From: Eledone cirrhosa
Lineage: Eukaryota
Reading direction: 5' to 3'
Length of the DNA: 64,000 nt
Assembly: GCA_964016885.1 (NCBI GenBank)
Contig: OZ024740.1
Location: forward strand, 414,036,001-414,100,000
Under the pieces are notes generated by a model. The model was not told where the DNA came from and made no database searches. It saw nothing but the letters and a program-made list of their open reading frames with translations. The translations under genes were made by a program, and so were the position numbers. Below, in pieces: positions 36,672 to 49,400 of the stretch; the first letter of the stretch is position 1, and each line of letters starts with the position of its first letter.

Positions 36672-36858
36672 TGTTTCTACATTTAGCACAAGGCCAACAA
36701 TTATCCCAGTGCATTACTGGTACTTTAGTTTATCGACCTCGTAAGGATGAAAGGCAAAGTTAACCTCGGCGGGATTTGAATTCAGACCGGAAAGGAACAT
36801 AACTCTATGCTGTAAAGCATGGTGTCGGACACTCTACCCATACTGCCAATCCACCGCC
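36672..36858 (-). mobile_element. tRNA-derived SINE, same young family
   Basis: Full-length alignment, with imperfect TSD agcaacact..taat. Confidence 0.85.
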
Positions 36859-37029
36859 AGCAACACTTATAATGGTGTGAATGTCGCTAGGCGCTTAAAC
36901 TCATTAGGGAAAATCTCCCACGACATGGGATCCGCTAATATAAAAGCCTCCAGTAGGCCTTTAAAGGGGTTCCCAAAGGAAACCCACCGATGTCCACAAA
37001 CACCCCGCATTTTCTTTCTCTTAATTCTA

Positions 37030-37475
37030 GGGGACCTGCTGTGGAAGGTTCTACCGGAGAATGGCATCGATGGTCAGCTTCTTGTTGCCCTGACATGAAT
37101 GCCTATATGAATGTCCGAATATTTGTGTTCGGATAAATGGTACCAAATTGAAACTATTCATTGCGGGAGTCGGACTCCGCCAAGGGTGCGTTCTGCCACA
37201 TTTTCTATTCGTTATTTTCATGAACAGGATTGACATGCACAGCCGGGTTGAAAGTGATATCAGGACTGGCATATGTAGAATCGGTCGGCTAAAATTTCAA
37301 GAGGACATGGCATTGCTTAACTCGACAGACGGTGATCTCCGACTTGTAAGTTGAATGCCGAATGCTGCATGGCTGGAATGAAAATCAGTGCTACGAAAAC
37401 TGAAACACTCTTCTCAAACAGGTCTGCGCAGTGAACTTTACGTGTAAATAGAATTCCACTGAAACAAGAGGAGAA
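37030..37475 (+). pseudogene. RTE-like LINE RT fragment
   Basis: LLWKVL...GIDG.LL, CVRING and GVGLRQGCVL...LFVIFMNRI, with a degenerate YADD-equivalent (FQEDMALL). Confidence 0.7.
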
Positions 37476-37479
37476 TTTC

Positions 37480-37946
37480 AACCAACCATCATTTTTCAGC
37501 AAGATGGTGCACCACCACATTGGGGACTGCATGTTCGTGGGTTCCTAAATCAAACATTTCCGGACTGGTAGATTGGAAGAGATGGCCCAATACCCTGGCC
37601 ACCTATTTCACCAGATATCACTCCACTGGACTTCTTTCTATGGGGTTATTTTAAAGATATCGTGTATCGAACAAAGATATGAGACCTCACTGATCTAAAG
37701 CAAAAGATCACTGATGCCATTGCCACCAGTGATGAGGCTATGCTACAACAAACATGGCAAGAAAGCGAGCACCGTCTTGATGTGCTTCGTACAACTAATG
37801 GTGCCCATATAGAGGTGTATTGAATTAGTTAAAACAAACTTCAATATCTTCTCCTCATTTTGTAATAGGTTTCCCATATTTGTCTGTTCATTTGCTTTTG
37901 TAATAATTTTTTTTAATTGTAAAGAGACTTTACGGACATCCTGTAT
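37480..37946 (+). mobile_element. Tc1/mariner-superfamily DNA transposon 3' part with terminal repeat
   Basis: IFQQDGAPPHWGLHVRGFLNQTFP..IGRDGPIPWPP.SPDITPLDFFLWGY. Ends ...ctttacggacatcctg|TA. Confidence 0.85.
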
Positions 37947-37949
37947 ATA

Positions 37950-38102
<153 letters not shown>

Positions 38103-38626
38103 TTGCCTCTTTGTATACGGTACAATGGTCACCGAACCTGTGAGAATATTAATTGAAAAGTAGATATATAGCATCTGTCACATTTTTAGTATTCCCCTGT
38201 AAATTGAAAACGTTACGAATATTCTGAATCGATTTCACTATACTGTTCTTAAGATACGCTAATTAATAGATTGTTCAAGAAAAATTCTAATGAATTCTCT
38301 TGTGTTGGAAAATAACGTCTTGACTGAAAACCTATTTCAGCTAAAATGAAGACGTAAGGTTACGAAATCAACATGGATTACATAATCTTATTCAGTATAT
38401 GATTAAATAACTATCAATGAGGAAGGCTAGGAAGCTATAAACAGCTCACAAGATCCTGAAGAAAATTAAGAATTCAACATAAAATTAACTAAACGGGAGT
38501 AGCAACGATATAAAAGTGGATTAAAATAAAATTTATTTCATTATTTCAATCATATTATACCATAAATCACCTCAAATGCTTTATATGCTTTATACAAGCT
38601 AAAATCTGTACATGTATACATATATA

Positions 38627-38768
38627 ACGAAGGAAGTGTGGTAGGGAACTAGATGGACCATAGCGCACCAGAGTACTCAATACTTAGGGTAATAGAGTGG
38701 GTAATAGGAAAATGTTTAACCTCGACGGCAAAGCTCCAGCCGTTTCGACGGCTATTTCTGGACTAAAT
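38627..38768 (-). mobile_element. H1 family copy
   Basis: Tail plus gacggc...gccgtttcgacggctatttctggact, truncated in the stem II hairpin. Confidence 0.75.
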
Positions 38769-39339
38769 TAGAATTTTTAGCGTGATAATAAATAGCCGAA
38801 TTTTTCAAGGGGTACTTCCTTATATGGGAAGATTGTAGTTGTCAAAAGGATTGATCAAAATTTCTTGTAAACACAATTAAATCTTTCATGGCGGTGGGTG
38901 GGGTGGCTGAACTTGCCTGTAGAACAATGAGGGAGTGGGTGGAGCCGGTCAAGCGTTGAAAGTGTTAGACTTGGGGAGGGTCATATTGTTATAATAATAT
39001 GCCAGAATTAATAATAGAACACACTCACTGTTTGGTTGGGGTTCTGTTATTAATTCTAGCAATATTATTATAACAATATGACCCTCCCCAAGTATAACAA
39101 TCTTTGTTTCGACACACAATTTCATATAAAAAACCTTGCAAAACAAATATATATATATGTATATATGAAAACAGAGAGAAAGAGACGATTATTAGAAAGA
39201 AAAATATATTTTTTTCCTTTTTTATTTATTTCTCTCTTTTTTCTGGGTTAGAAAATGATTAAAACGAAATGTTTTACTTTGTGTGAAGTGTTAAAGTATT
39301 AGTTGATTTATTTATTATTTAACAATGGCATTTATTTAT

Positions 39340-40460
39340 CTATTTATATATTTAATAATTGTCTATTACCGGTTTAAGCATTTTTATGCATTATCAAATG
39401 ATAGTTATATGTATGAGTGCGGTGTCGCACATGTTAAAGAGAAGGTGCAGAAAGAATAATGTTATTTACAAACAAGGTTTATGAAGTGAAAAGAAAATAG
39501 AAAAAAGAAAAATAAACGTGTATAATGTAGAGCATAAAAAGTCAATGTGAAAGACAAAATAATGTTATTTACAAGCATAGTTCTTGAAGTTAAGCAGATC
39601 AAAATGTGTTAATATAGCAAGAGTGCTTAGTTGATCCATGATTCCATGATGGAGGCAAATGGTGGACTGAGGTTTGATATGATTTCCCCTTTTAGAGAGT
39701 TAATATGCAGGAGGAAGCAATTCTTGCTGGATGATATTTAATTTATTTAAGAAAAAGGATTAGGTAGGTTGTGAGGGAGGTAACTCTTGTAAATGTTTGA
39801 TTGGTTGTTGCAGTTTTAGTTTGGTCCGATTTTTTAGTGCATTAAGTAGAGGTTGGAATTTGTTAATGAAATATGTTTCCTTATTCGTACGATGGATGAA
39901 GGTAGCGTTGTCTATGAATTTGTAAATGGGGAAAATTTTAAAGTTTGGATGTTGGTTGTGTGCACAATTGTCGATATGTTCACTAAATGCAATCTTTCTG
40001 TATTTGTGATTTATGGACGGTCATACATTGACGGAGGCTGTTTTTTGTCTGTCCTTTGTAGTGCTCTTGACAACCTGAGCAGGTCAAAACATAGATTAGG
40101 TTTACAGATGTACATGTAAAGTTGTGTTTAACTGTGAAATGTTGTGCTTGTTTAATATGGAATATCAGTAGAAACTACCCACCATCCCTAATCAACAATG
40201 GATTCCAAAGTGCCCTAAAACTAGACATCCAGGAACTCAGACACCCCAAACCCAGGAATTAAACGCAACAAAAACTCTACCATACACCTCCACACAGAAC
40301 TCCCTCAACAATGAGGCATTCGACACCATCCTCCAGAACATTCCTTTACTAAAAAGAGACCCATGAATGAATACAATCCTCCAAACACACAACATCATAA
40401 AGAGCAAAAATCCATAAAAAAACATCCTCACACAAGCCAAAATCCAACAAAGGAGGTGAA
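39340..40460. mobile_element. Decayed Penelope-like fragments in opposite orientations
   Basis: Minus strand at about 40000-39835 gives RKIAFSEHIDNCAHNQHPNFKIFP...NKETYFINKFQPLLN. Plus strand at about 40170-40445 gives RNYPPSLINNG...KSIKNILTQAK (thumb/linker). Confidence 0.6.
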
Positions 40461-40811
40461 TAACAGTTATTATCGAGTGGCTGGTATTTGCAGTATAGCG
40501 ATATAAGGTTGCGCTTACCAATGAAACGGTCGTAAATACCTGGATAAAATCTTTTTTTTAATGCTTACCTGTGTTTTCTCTTTTATTGTATATATATATA
40601 TATATATAAACATAAATTATCGAGATTCGCATTTCGGCCCACGAAATAACGAAAAGCAACATCCGAGATGTATATATATATATTCAGTTTTAACGTTATC
40701 CTCATTAGCATATTTCCCCTGAGTTTGAAAGATTATATTCACTATCTTCACTGAACTTATAACATGGAGTGCACATGAAGATGTGTCATTATCTTTACAC
40801 CAACTGGTGAG

Positions 40812-40896
40812 GGCGGTGGATTGGCAGTATTGGTAGAGGGTCTCGGACGCCATGCTTTCGAGCATAATTACGCCCTCTTACGGTCTGAGTTCAAAT
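40812..40896 (+). mobile_element. Tailless SINE head (tRNA-like part only) with 16-bp TSD
   Basis: attatctttacaccaa at 40788-40803 and 40895-40910. The SINE sequence stops at the B box gagttcaaat. Confidence 0.75.
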
Positions 40897-40917
40897 TATC
40901 TTTACACCAATTATTTT

Positions 40918-41096
40918 ATTGGCAGTATCGGTAGAGGGTCGGACGGCATGCTTTGACGCATAGAGTTACAGTCCTTTCTATTCTGAGTTCAAATCCCGCC
41001 GAGGTTAACTTTGCCTTTCATCCTTACGGGGTCGATAAAATAAAGTACCAGTAATGCACTGGGTATTTGCTGGCCTTGTGCCAAAGGTAGAAACAA
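40918..41096 (+). mobile_element. tRNA-derived SINE, slightly 5'-truncated
   Basis: Same family, plus orientation. Confidence 0.85.
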
Positions 41097-41298
41097 GCGT
41101 ATTAAAATATTAGTACCCTTGAAATACGTATAATAAAATAAATATGGTTTTATAAAGATATTTTCCATTTATTAATATTATTGATATTAATGATACTCCG
41201 GATAAATAATGTTGAGTGTTTCTAATCGGTTATAAATTAACTTTGTTGAATAATCAACAAACCAAATAACTCATTGTTTATATATATATATATAATAA

Positions 41299-41436
41299 TA
41301 GTCCAGAAATAGCCGTCGAAACGGCTTGAGCTCTGTCGTCGGGGTCATACTTTTTCCTATTTCCCACTCTACTACACTAAGTATTGAGTACTCTGGTGCG
41401 TTATGGTCCATCTGGTTCCTTACCACATTTCCTTTG

Positions 41437-41438
<2 letters not shown>
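41299..41438 (+). mobile_element. H1 family copy
   Basis: tagtccagaaatagccgtc-GAAA-cggcttgagctctgtcgtc-ggggtc plus tail, followed by (TA)n. Confidence 0.8.
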
Positions 41439-41483
<45 letters not shown>

Positions 41484-41648
41484 ATGTAGTTGACAGATGA
41501 GTGAAAATAGTACTCAATACCAGAGTAGTGTTTAAATGTTCTTTTATTAACACTAAGTATTGATTCTTCTTGTTTGTAAGTTTCACCTGCCCACACTCCT
41601 GTGTATGTGCGCAGGTGATACTCCATGGTAACAAGATTAAGCACCTAG

Positions 41649-41695
<47 letters not shown>

Positions 41696-41849
41696 GGGGG
41701 GGGTCTGTGTTCATTTATAAAATATATGCTTACCTAACATAGATATATGTGTACAAATATATTCATAAGTGATTCTAATTGCATAGATTCAGATATCCAT
41801 TTATATAAATAGACACGATAGCTGAATTAAACAAGATCATGAATCATGA

Positions 41850-41952
41850 TGTATACCTGTGTATACATACATACACACATATATATATGCATACATATAC
41901 ATATATATATATACACATATATATACACACACAAACACACACACACACACAC

Positions 41953-42026
<74 letters not shown>

Positions 42027-42148
42027 GGCATAGCTACATGCATACATATAATCATGCGTACACATATACATACGTACACACAAACAAACATACATACATA
42101 TAAATATATGTTTGTATATATGTGTGTGCGTATGTGTATTTGTGTGTA

Positions 42149-42181
<33 letters not shown>

Positions 42182-42411
42182 CTATATATATATAGATATA
42201 TATACACATATATATATATGTATGTATGTATATATATATAGAGAGAGAGAAAGAGACAGAGAGAGGGAGAGAGAGATTGATTGATTAAATAAGAGATAAT
42301 CAAACGTACATATAATATCCATACATATATATATATGGATGTGTGTATATATATATCTATCTATATATATATATATATATATACATACGTACATACATGC
42401 ATATATATATT

Positions 42412-42488
<77 letters not shown>

Positions 42489-42580
42489 GCATACATACAT
42501 ACATGCATGCATACATAATACATTCCTACATAGATACATATATACGCATGACATACACAGAGACAGACACATGCGACTGC
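41850..42580. repeat. Compound TA/CA/GA microsatellite field
   Basis: Direct observation. Confidence 0.95.
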
Positions 42581-43648
42581 TAATAAATATATTTTTTTTT
42601 GCTCAATTGGTTTCTTCTTTTGATATCCTAATATATTCTCTTCTATTCTACTCACGTTTTTCTAACTTACGAAATGATGATTCTAAGTATAGCCTCTTCT
42701 GCTGAATGATGGTTTCATCGTCCAGTACTTAGCTAGTGCATTATTGAAATATCTGAGTATTTTGTGTAACACTGTAGTTATGATTATCTTAACCATTGAC
42801 TGGAAGTGCTGCATGATCATACATCATTTTGACACGTTGTCATCTATATGAAAGTATTTTATTTATGTAAGTATTTTTGTTAGTAATTTTTGTATTTCTG
42901 GTTATATTTATAAAATGACTTACCAATGGAGAAAGGAGCGGTTTCTATCCCAGAAACAAGGCTCCTTCGTTGGAATTTAGACAACATGAGCAGTGTTTTA
43001 TTTCAATGATATTATGTTCTACAGAATACATCTGCAGAGCTTTATCCAGCAATGTCTGCTCAGGCAGATATAGGCGCCTTGTATTTATATACAATATTGT
43101 CTTAAGCATAAAAATACGGATTCATCGGAGTTTCACTCTTGTGATGGAATTTCATAACTGACTGAGTACCTTATTTATCAATCAATGGAAACTCTATTAA
43201 GGTATCAATATTTCTTTTAACTGAACACTCTGTCAAGCACCCGTTATATATGCAAATCAGTTTAATTCAGCCGTTTGTAAGCTTTAAACACGACGGGTGC
43301 TTTCTCGCATAATTGTGACAATAATTAACTCAATATTAATTATTAACTGACACCAGCAGAAAAACCACCCGAAGGGTGGTTTTCTGCTAGCGTTTGTGGT
43401 GTCGATATTTATATTATATGCAAATATATATGCATGTAGATATATGTCAAATAAAATCGTAATTGACAATATGCACAGAAATTGAAGAGAGACTGTGGTA
43501 CACTGTCTTATGTAATCAGCAAAGTATCCGTGATACAATTAAAAAAGACGATATTATATATAAACTGCATTATGGTGAAATCTTATATAACGATGCAAAT
43601 ATATTTGTCTGTTTATATAAGCAATGTAATATGTGTTTATGATATAAT

Positions 43649-43832
43649 TGTTTCTACTTTAGGCACAAGGCCAGCAATTACCCAGTGCATTACTGGTACT
43701 TTATTTTATCGACCCCGTAAGGATGAAAGGCAAAGTCAACCTCGGCGGGATTTGAACTCAGATCGTAAAGGGATGTAACTATGCTGGAAAGCATGGCGTC
43801 CGACCCTCTACCGATACTGCCAATCCACCGCC
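43649..43832 (-). mobile_element. tRNA-derived SINE, full length, with 15-bp TSD
   Basis: TSD tgtttatgatataat at 43634-43648 and 43833-43847. Confidence 0.9.
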
Positions 43833-44702
43833 TGTTTATGATATAATGGACGCTAGCCGGAAGTGTTGACAGTTGAAAATTTTAAAAGAAGTGAATCTTA
43901 AAATAAGCAATCATTATATCAGTCATGCACGGGGATAATTGCTGGCCTTGTGCCAAAAGTAGAAACAATTATATATAAGAATATTTATGTTTAATCAACA
44001 GCTTCGAAATTTAGTAGATAAATTATGTAATATCCATTCATTATTTATTCAAAGTAATCTAACTTATTTTACTAACGGGATAAAGAAAATATATTCGGGA
44101 CGCAGCCCGCACTCTTCCCTTTATTATAGTTATAATTGTCCTTTTCTTATTGATAAAGCTCCTGACATCAAATACTTAAACCAGATTTTCATTTGGTTAC
44201 AAATCTTATTTTGATGTTCCACTAATAGTTTTTCCATTCTACTTTCTTAATATGTACACTGTTTTCACTGTACTAACATATTACTTAGCTACCACACCAT
44301 GCCTTGGAAAGAAATAGTACCTCGTGAATATTCCCCACCAATTGGTAATGGTGTAACAAGTGTTTTCAGTGTTTTACTTTGTATATAAGTATATACTTTT
44401 TCTAGTAACAATATGAAAAGGTCATTTAAATATACGAAATAAACCATTTTAGGGACCAGCTAACTACAACATATGAGGGTAAGCTGTCTTGTCACCTCAG
44501 ACATCAAGATGGTGTCAATATAGGTTGGCAGATATGTAACGGAATTTTCAGCCTCATTTCCTGACCCATTTCCTAGCTCTGCAGTTCTCGGCTCTCCTCT
44601 GTGATCGTTCACCCTCCTTAACAAACATGATCTTCCTGATGCTCTCTCTCCCTCTCTCTCTCTCCTTCTCTCTCACTCTCTCTCTTTATTTACAGGCATA
44701 TA

Positions 44703-44861
<159 letters not shown>

Positions 44862-45071
44862 AAATTTTCATCACGTAAAATTATTAGTACCGTATGAGTG
44901 TAACTGTTGAAAGGTGAAACATTTTAAAACAGAGCTGTCTAGCATTCTTGACAGCACTGACACCTGATATATTCACGGAGGATATTAGAGCAGAATAACT
45001 TTTTTCGTTGTCAGAAAATATTTTTCTTTGATAGCGAGGCTACCCGTATGTTTATTGCATATAAATATATA

Positions 45072-45610
45072 TATATATACCTTTGATATATTCGGCTCCT
45101 TCAATTTGTAGAGCTAATTTAAATGTCGAGTAAACTTGGCTGCTATTTTTAGTAGTATACGTTTATGAGACACGTTAGGTTTTATGAGATACGCTATGGT
45201 TTATGAGACACGCTAGGTTTTGTTGCCACTTAGAAGTGAAGGATTTACTAATTTTACAGCCACTGATGAGCAAAAGAATTGGTAATTCTCTTCACTAAAA
45301 TTGCGAATCAGCATCACCAAAAGCTGTCTGGGTGGCTGGCAGTTGCTCCAATATCGGTTTGTATTCATTTTCTTAATTTATTCTTTTAAATTGAGTCTGG
45401 CAAACCCTATTGTTCATAGTTAGTATGTTTTTCACCATAGTGAATCTTGTCCCTTACGATTTGAACACATGTATATATATATATATGTGTGTTTATCTCT
45501 CTTTTATATTCAATTATACTATACGGCTCGGAAAAATCTCTTTCCTTGAGCAATTTAATTGTAAGAGACTATTTAGAGTTTCTAACTCAATATATACCTT
45601 TGAAATATAT
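45072..45610 (+). mobile_element. Non-coding hammerhead-bearing unit with terminal redundancy (retrozyme/pLTR-like, family 'H2')
   Basis: Starts tatatacctttgatatat and ends tatatacctttgaaatatat. Hammerhead at 45257-45338. Homologous to 61501-62354. Confidence 0.65.
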
Positions 45611-45667
45611 AAGAAAAGAGTCAGGACCCCGACGGCTGAGCTCCGGCCGTTTCGACAGCTAAATCCG

Positions 45668-45670
<3 letters not shown>
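45610..45670 (-). mobile_element. H1 family inverted arm only
   Basis: aaaagagtcaggaccccgacggctgagctccggccgtttcgacagct, identical to 16295-16341. Confidence 0.75.
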
Positions 45671-45701
<31 letters not shown>

Positions 45702-46093
45702 GTCAGCACAAGAGCAAGAATGAGGGGCTCATTCTACTGACATGGCTTTAAAGCGGCTGTTTGCATAATTGCAAACGAATCGAATATTATTATTAATATT
45801 CGAAAAACTCAGATTACATTCCTAGTGGATAACCCCAGTTTATTATTGTTCGATTTACTTATTAATTGTTTGAAAGTATTTCTTTGCTTAAACATGGACC
45901 GTTTATTTATTTATTTATTTCATTTTTTTTTTTAGATCTGAACACGTGCCAACATGTCCTCTGTGAATAGTCAGAACTAGCTTACCTCTCTTTCGGTGTC
46001 AAGTCATGTGACATTGAAGGTTGAGTTTACTATTGTAATGGCCGAAGTACGTCGGAGCAGTGGATGATAGCTGACCTGTTCCAGTGGGGTTAA

Positions 46094-46217
46094 TTCCCCG
46101 CTGATGAAGCAACTACATACATAAGGATTAATAGCATTACCTAATTTATGTGCAGGGTACTTCCATTTGGACTACTGCTAGCAGATGGAGATGCAGAAAC
46201 TAATACATTGGCCGGGA
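46094..46217 (+). ncRNA. Hammerhead-like motif with extended stem II (cleavage triplet damaged)
   Basis: cccg-CTGATGA(46101-46107)-a-GCA...TGC-a-GAAA-CTAAT-ac-ATTGG-c-cggg. U16.1 is missing. Confidence 0.5.
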
Positions 46218-46384
46218 CCGGAAAATCAAAATTTCTACCCGCACGAAATCATTTTTCTCACTATTTGACGTATTAGTTTCTACTCTAATTTCCTTGGGTC
46301 TTTATGATACTGACTTGATTACATTATTGAATGATTGGGAAAACGACCGAAGGTGTATCGCTCCTAACGACAGTTTCATTTCAG

Positions 46385-46438
<54 letters not shown>

Positions 46439-46460
46439 CGAGAGAGAGAGAGAGAGAGAG

Positions 46461-49400
46461 ATATGTTCCTTTATTAGCCACAGGGGCACAAAAGGAGGGG
46501 ACAAATACAAAGAGGGAAGTTTACATACAATAAAAACGTGTAAAATGTTATCACAAATGCAATTTAAAAAGTTAGTCGATTTTCCCCAATAGAGGGAGAC
46601 AGTTTATATGGGTAACACATACCCCCGAAAAAATGTGCAACCCTCATCTCCAGGAGTACGAAGAGTTTGTACTCCCTTCCTCTCCTCCTCCTTTTCCTCA
46701 ACCTACAGGCTGATATAGAGAGAAGGCCCATTCACTCGGGCCATTCTCGCCACTTTCACCCACCTTTCATAAAACTTGCTGGGGTACAGCACCTCTCTCT
46801 CCATCCTGATTCTTCTTCCAAAGTGGTATTTGAAAAAAAGGAATCAGTTGTTGGCCGGAGAGAAAGGTGTCTGACCTCAGCGCTTTCAACCTTGTCCACC
46901 ATACAACCTCTTTCGCCATAGCTATCACACAAAGGAAAACCGTCTCTCCTTCGTTTTTGAAGGAGGGTGGCGGTTTGATCATGACAATGGAGTCGATGGT
47001 CAACCGGATTGGTCCCACCCGTGACAATAGTCGTTCTACATAGCTCCACAGGTCAGTGACGCCCGGGCAGTGTATGAATGCGTGCGCGACGGTTTCTTCG
47101 TCTCGCACGCACCTCGGACAGATCTTTTTTGCAGGGTCCCTGCCCGGGCGCACATGTCTGTAGAGCTTGTCTCGAACTGGTAGAGCTCCTCGGTAGCACT
47201 GCCAGGCCAGGGACTTTTGGAAGTTCTCCATCGGTCCCGGTCGGAAGGTCCTACCGAACAGACTGGCCAGTTCATCTTCCTCTACGCCTAGAGTTTCACC
47301 GAGCGCGTCGTCGCACATGCTGCGGATCAACCCTCTATAGAATGACGAAGTGGAGTCTCCACTAATCGCCGGGTCCGTCTGCCAGAGGGCTGTGAGCGCC
47401 TGAGCACATTCGATGTGCCAGTCGCCCATTTTCCTCGGTTTTGCTTGACCCAGGACTGCAGCTCGGTCAGCGAGACGAGTCGTGGGAAGGCTCGCCTCAC
47501 GAACGGGGCCCACACCGGTTGTCCGGTGAGGAGTACGTAGAGATGCCGCAGCCTCAGCGCGTGTTTGCGCATCGTCAACTACGGCATCCCCAGCCCTCCG
47601 TTAGAAGGGTGTTGGCAGCAGATGGATCTTCTCATCAAAGAAGCCCGCCTCTTCCAAAGGAATCTGAAGAGCGCGCGCTCCATTTTGGCGAGCGTTTTGG
47701 CTGGACAAGGCATGACGGTCAAGCGGTAGTAGATGGCGGACGCTATAAAAGTGTTCGCCACCTCCGCTCGACCTTTCAAGGATAGTTTGCACTCGGCCCA
47801 CTTCTGGGTGAGTGCAAACACCTTGGCCGTCACTTCGTTCCAGTTCTTCTCCACCTGGAGGTCCGGACCAAACCAGACCCCGAGCAGCTTTACCGGTCCT
47901 TCCGTCCAGCGTCCGACGACGCCATCGGAAGGCATCGGTTTGCCTCTGCACGATCCAAGTTGCAAACCGATGGACTTGACCCGGTTCAGCTTCGCCCCTT
48001 GAAACTTTCGTATTCCTTCAGTAAGGTGCCGACTTCCTCGATTTGCGAGACGCTCGACACCATTACTGTCACGTCGTCGGCGTAGGCCGACGCCGCTTTC
48101 CGCAGTCCCGGTTCCAGAGGGATGCCCTGCAATAGCTCCAACTTCCGCAGTAGTGGCTGGAGAGTCAGTACGTACAGAAGGGAGGAGAGAGGGCATCCCT
48201 GTCGAATGGATTGCGTAATATGGAACGGCTCCGAGAGGTAGCCGTTCACCTTGACCCTTGAGCAGATGTTGCTGTTGTGCATTGCAGTAATTTTGCCCCT
48301 GAACACGGGTCCGTAGCCTGCCGCCTCGAGCACCGCATCCAGGTAACTATGGTCAACCCTATCGAAAGCCTTAGACTGATCCAAGTTGATCAGGGCCCCA
48401 CCGAAGCCGGGTTTACACCCTACCCTCTCTATGATGTATCGCATGGGGTGGAGGTTGTCGTGTATGGACCTGGTCCGGATTGCGCATGTCTGCGCTTCTC
48501 CCACCAGGTTCTCGACGACAAGCGCCAGCCTCTTTGCCAACACTTTGGCCAAAATCTGTAAATCCCCCTTATTCTCGTCTTTCCTGATTAGTGTGACCAC
48601 GCCCCCGGTTACAGAACTGGGAATTCTCCCGTTACGTTGCCAGTTGCGGTAGACCGCTTCCAGGAGACCGGAGAATAAGTCCGGTATTGCTACGTAAAAT
48701 TCGTAGGGTAGACCGTCGAGACCTGGAGATTTGCGTTTGCCGCATTGACTCAGCGCGTCCTCTATCTCAGCGGCTGAAATCGGCTTTTCGCAGAACTTTG
48801 CCTAGCTGTCCGAGAGTCGCGGTAGGCCGTCGAGGTATGGACCGAAATCCATAGCCCCTCCCGGCGCGCTTCCCCTCCCGAACAGTTGAGCAAAGTGCCG
48901 CTGAAAGGCCGCACACATCTGCTTCGGCTCACGTATCACGCGTCCGTTTTGGTCCTTCAAAGACCGAATCGTGGACTTGTTGCCACTTTTTTCCTCCGTC
49001 ACTCGAGCCCAGCTAACAGCTTTGGCTCCCTCGTTTCCCAGAGCACGTATTTTGCTTCTGACAAGGCAGCCCTCATGCTTTGCGTCGAAGAACTGGTCCA
49101 AGGCCGTTCTCGTTGCTAGCACGCTGGCTACGTTGCCACTTCTAATTGCCTCTTCTACTTTATCTACCAGTTCCTTCTCGGTTCTATTTCTATCTAACGC
49201 TAATTCTTTACTAAAAACTATCGAGTCTAATCTAACTGCCCTCTTGAGAGAGTACCACCATCTGTTGTTGACAATGGCCCCTGTCAAGTGCTGTTTAACT
49301 AAAGTGATAATCCGTCTACTGTAGGCTTTGCTTGTCGGTTACGACAAGTTCAGCTTCCAGTAGCCGGGTCCTTGTCTATGGGTTCTATCAAGGTTGGCCA

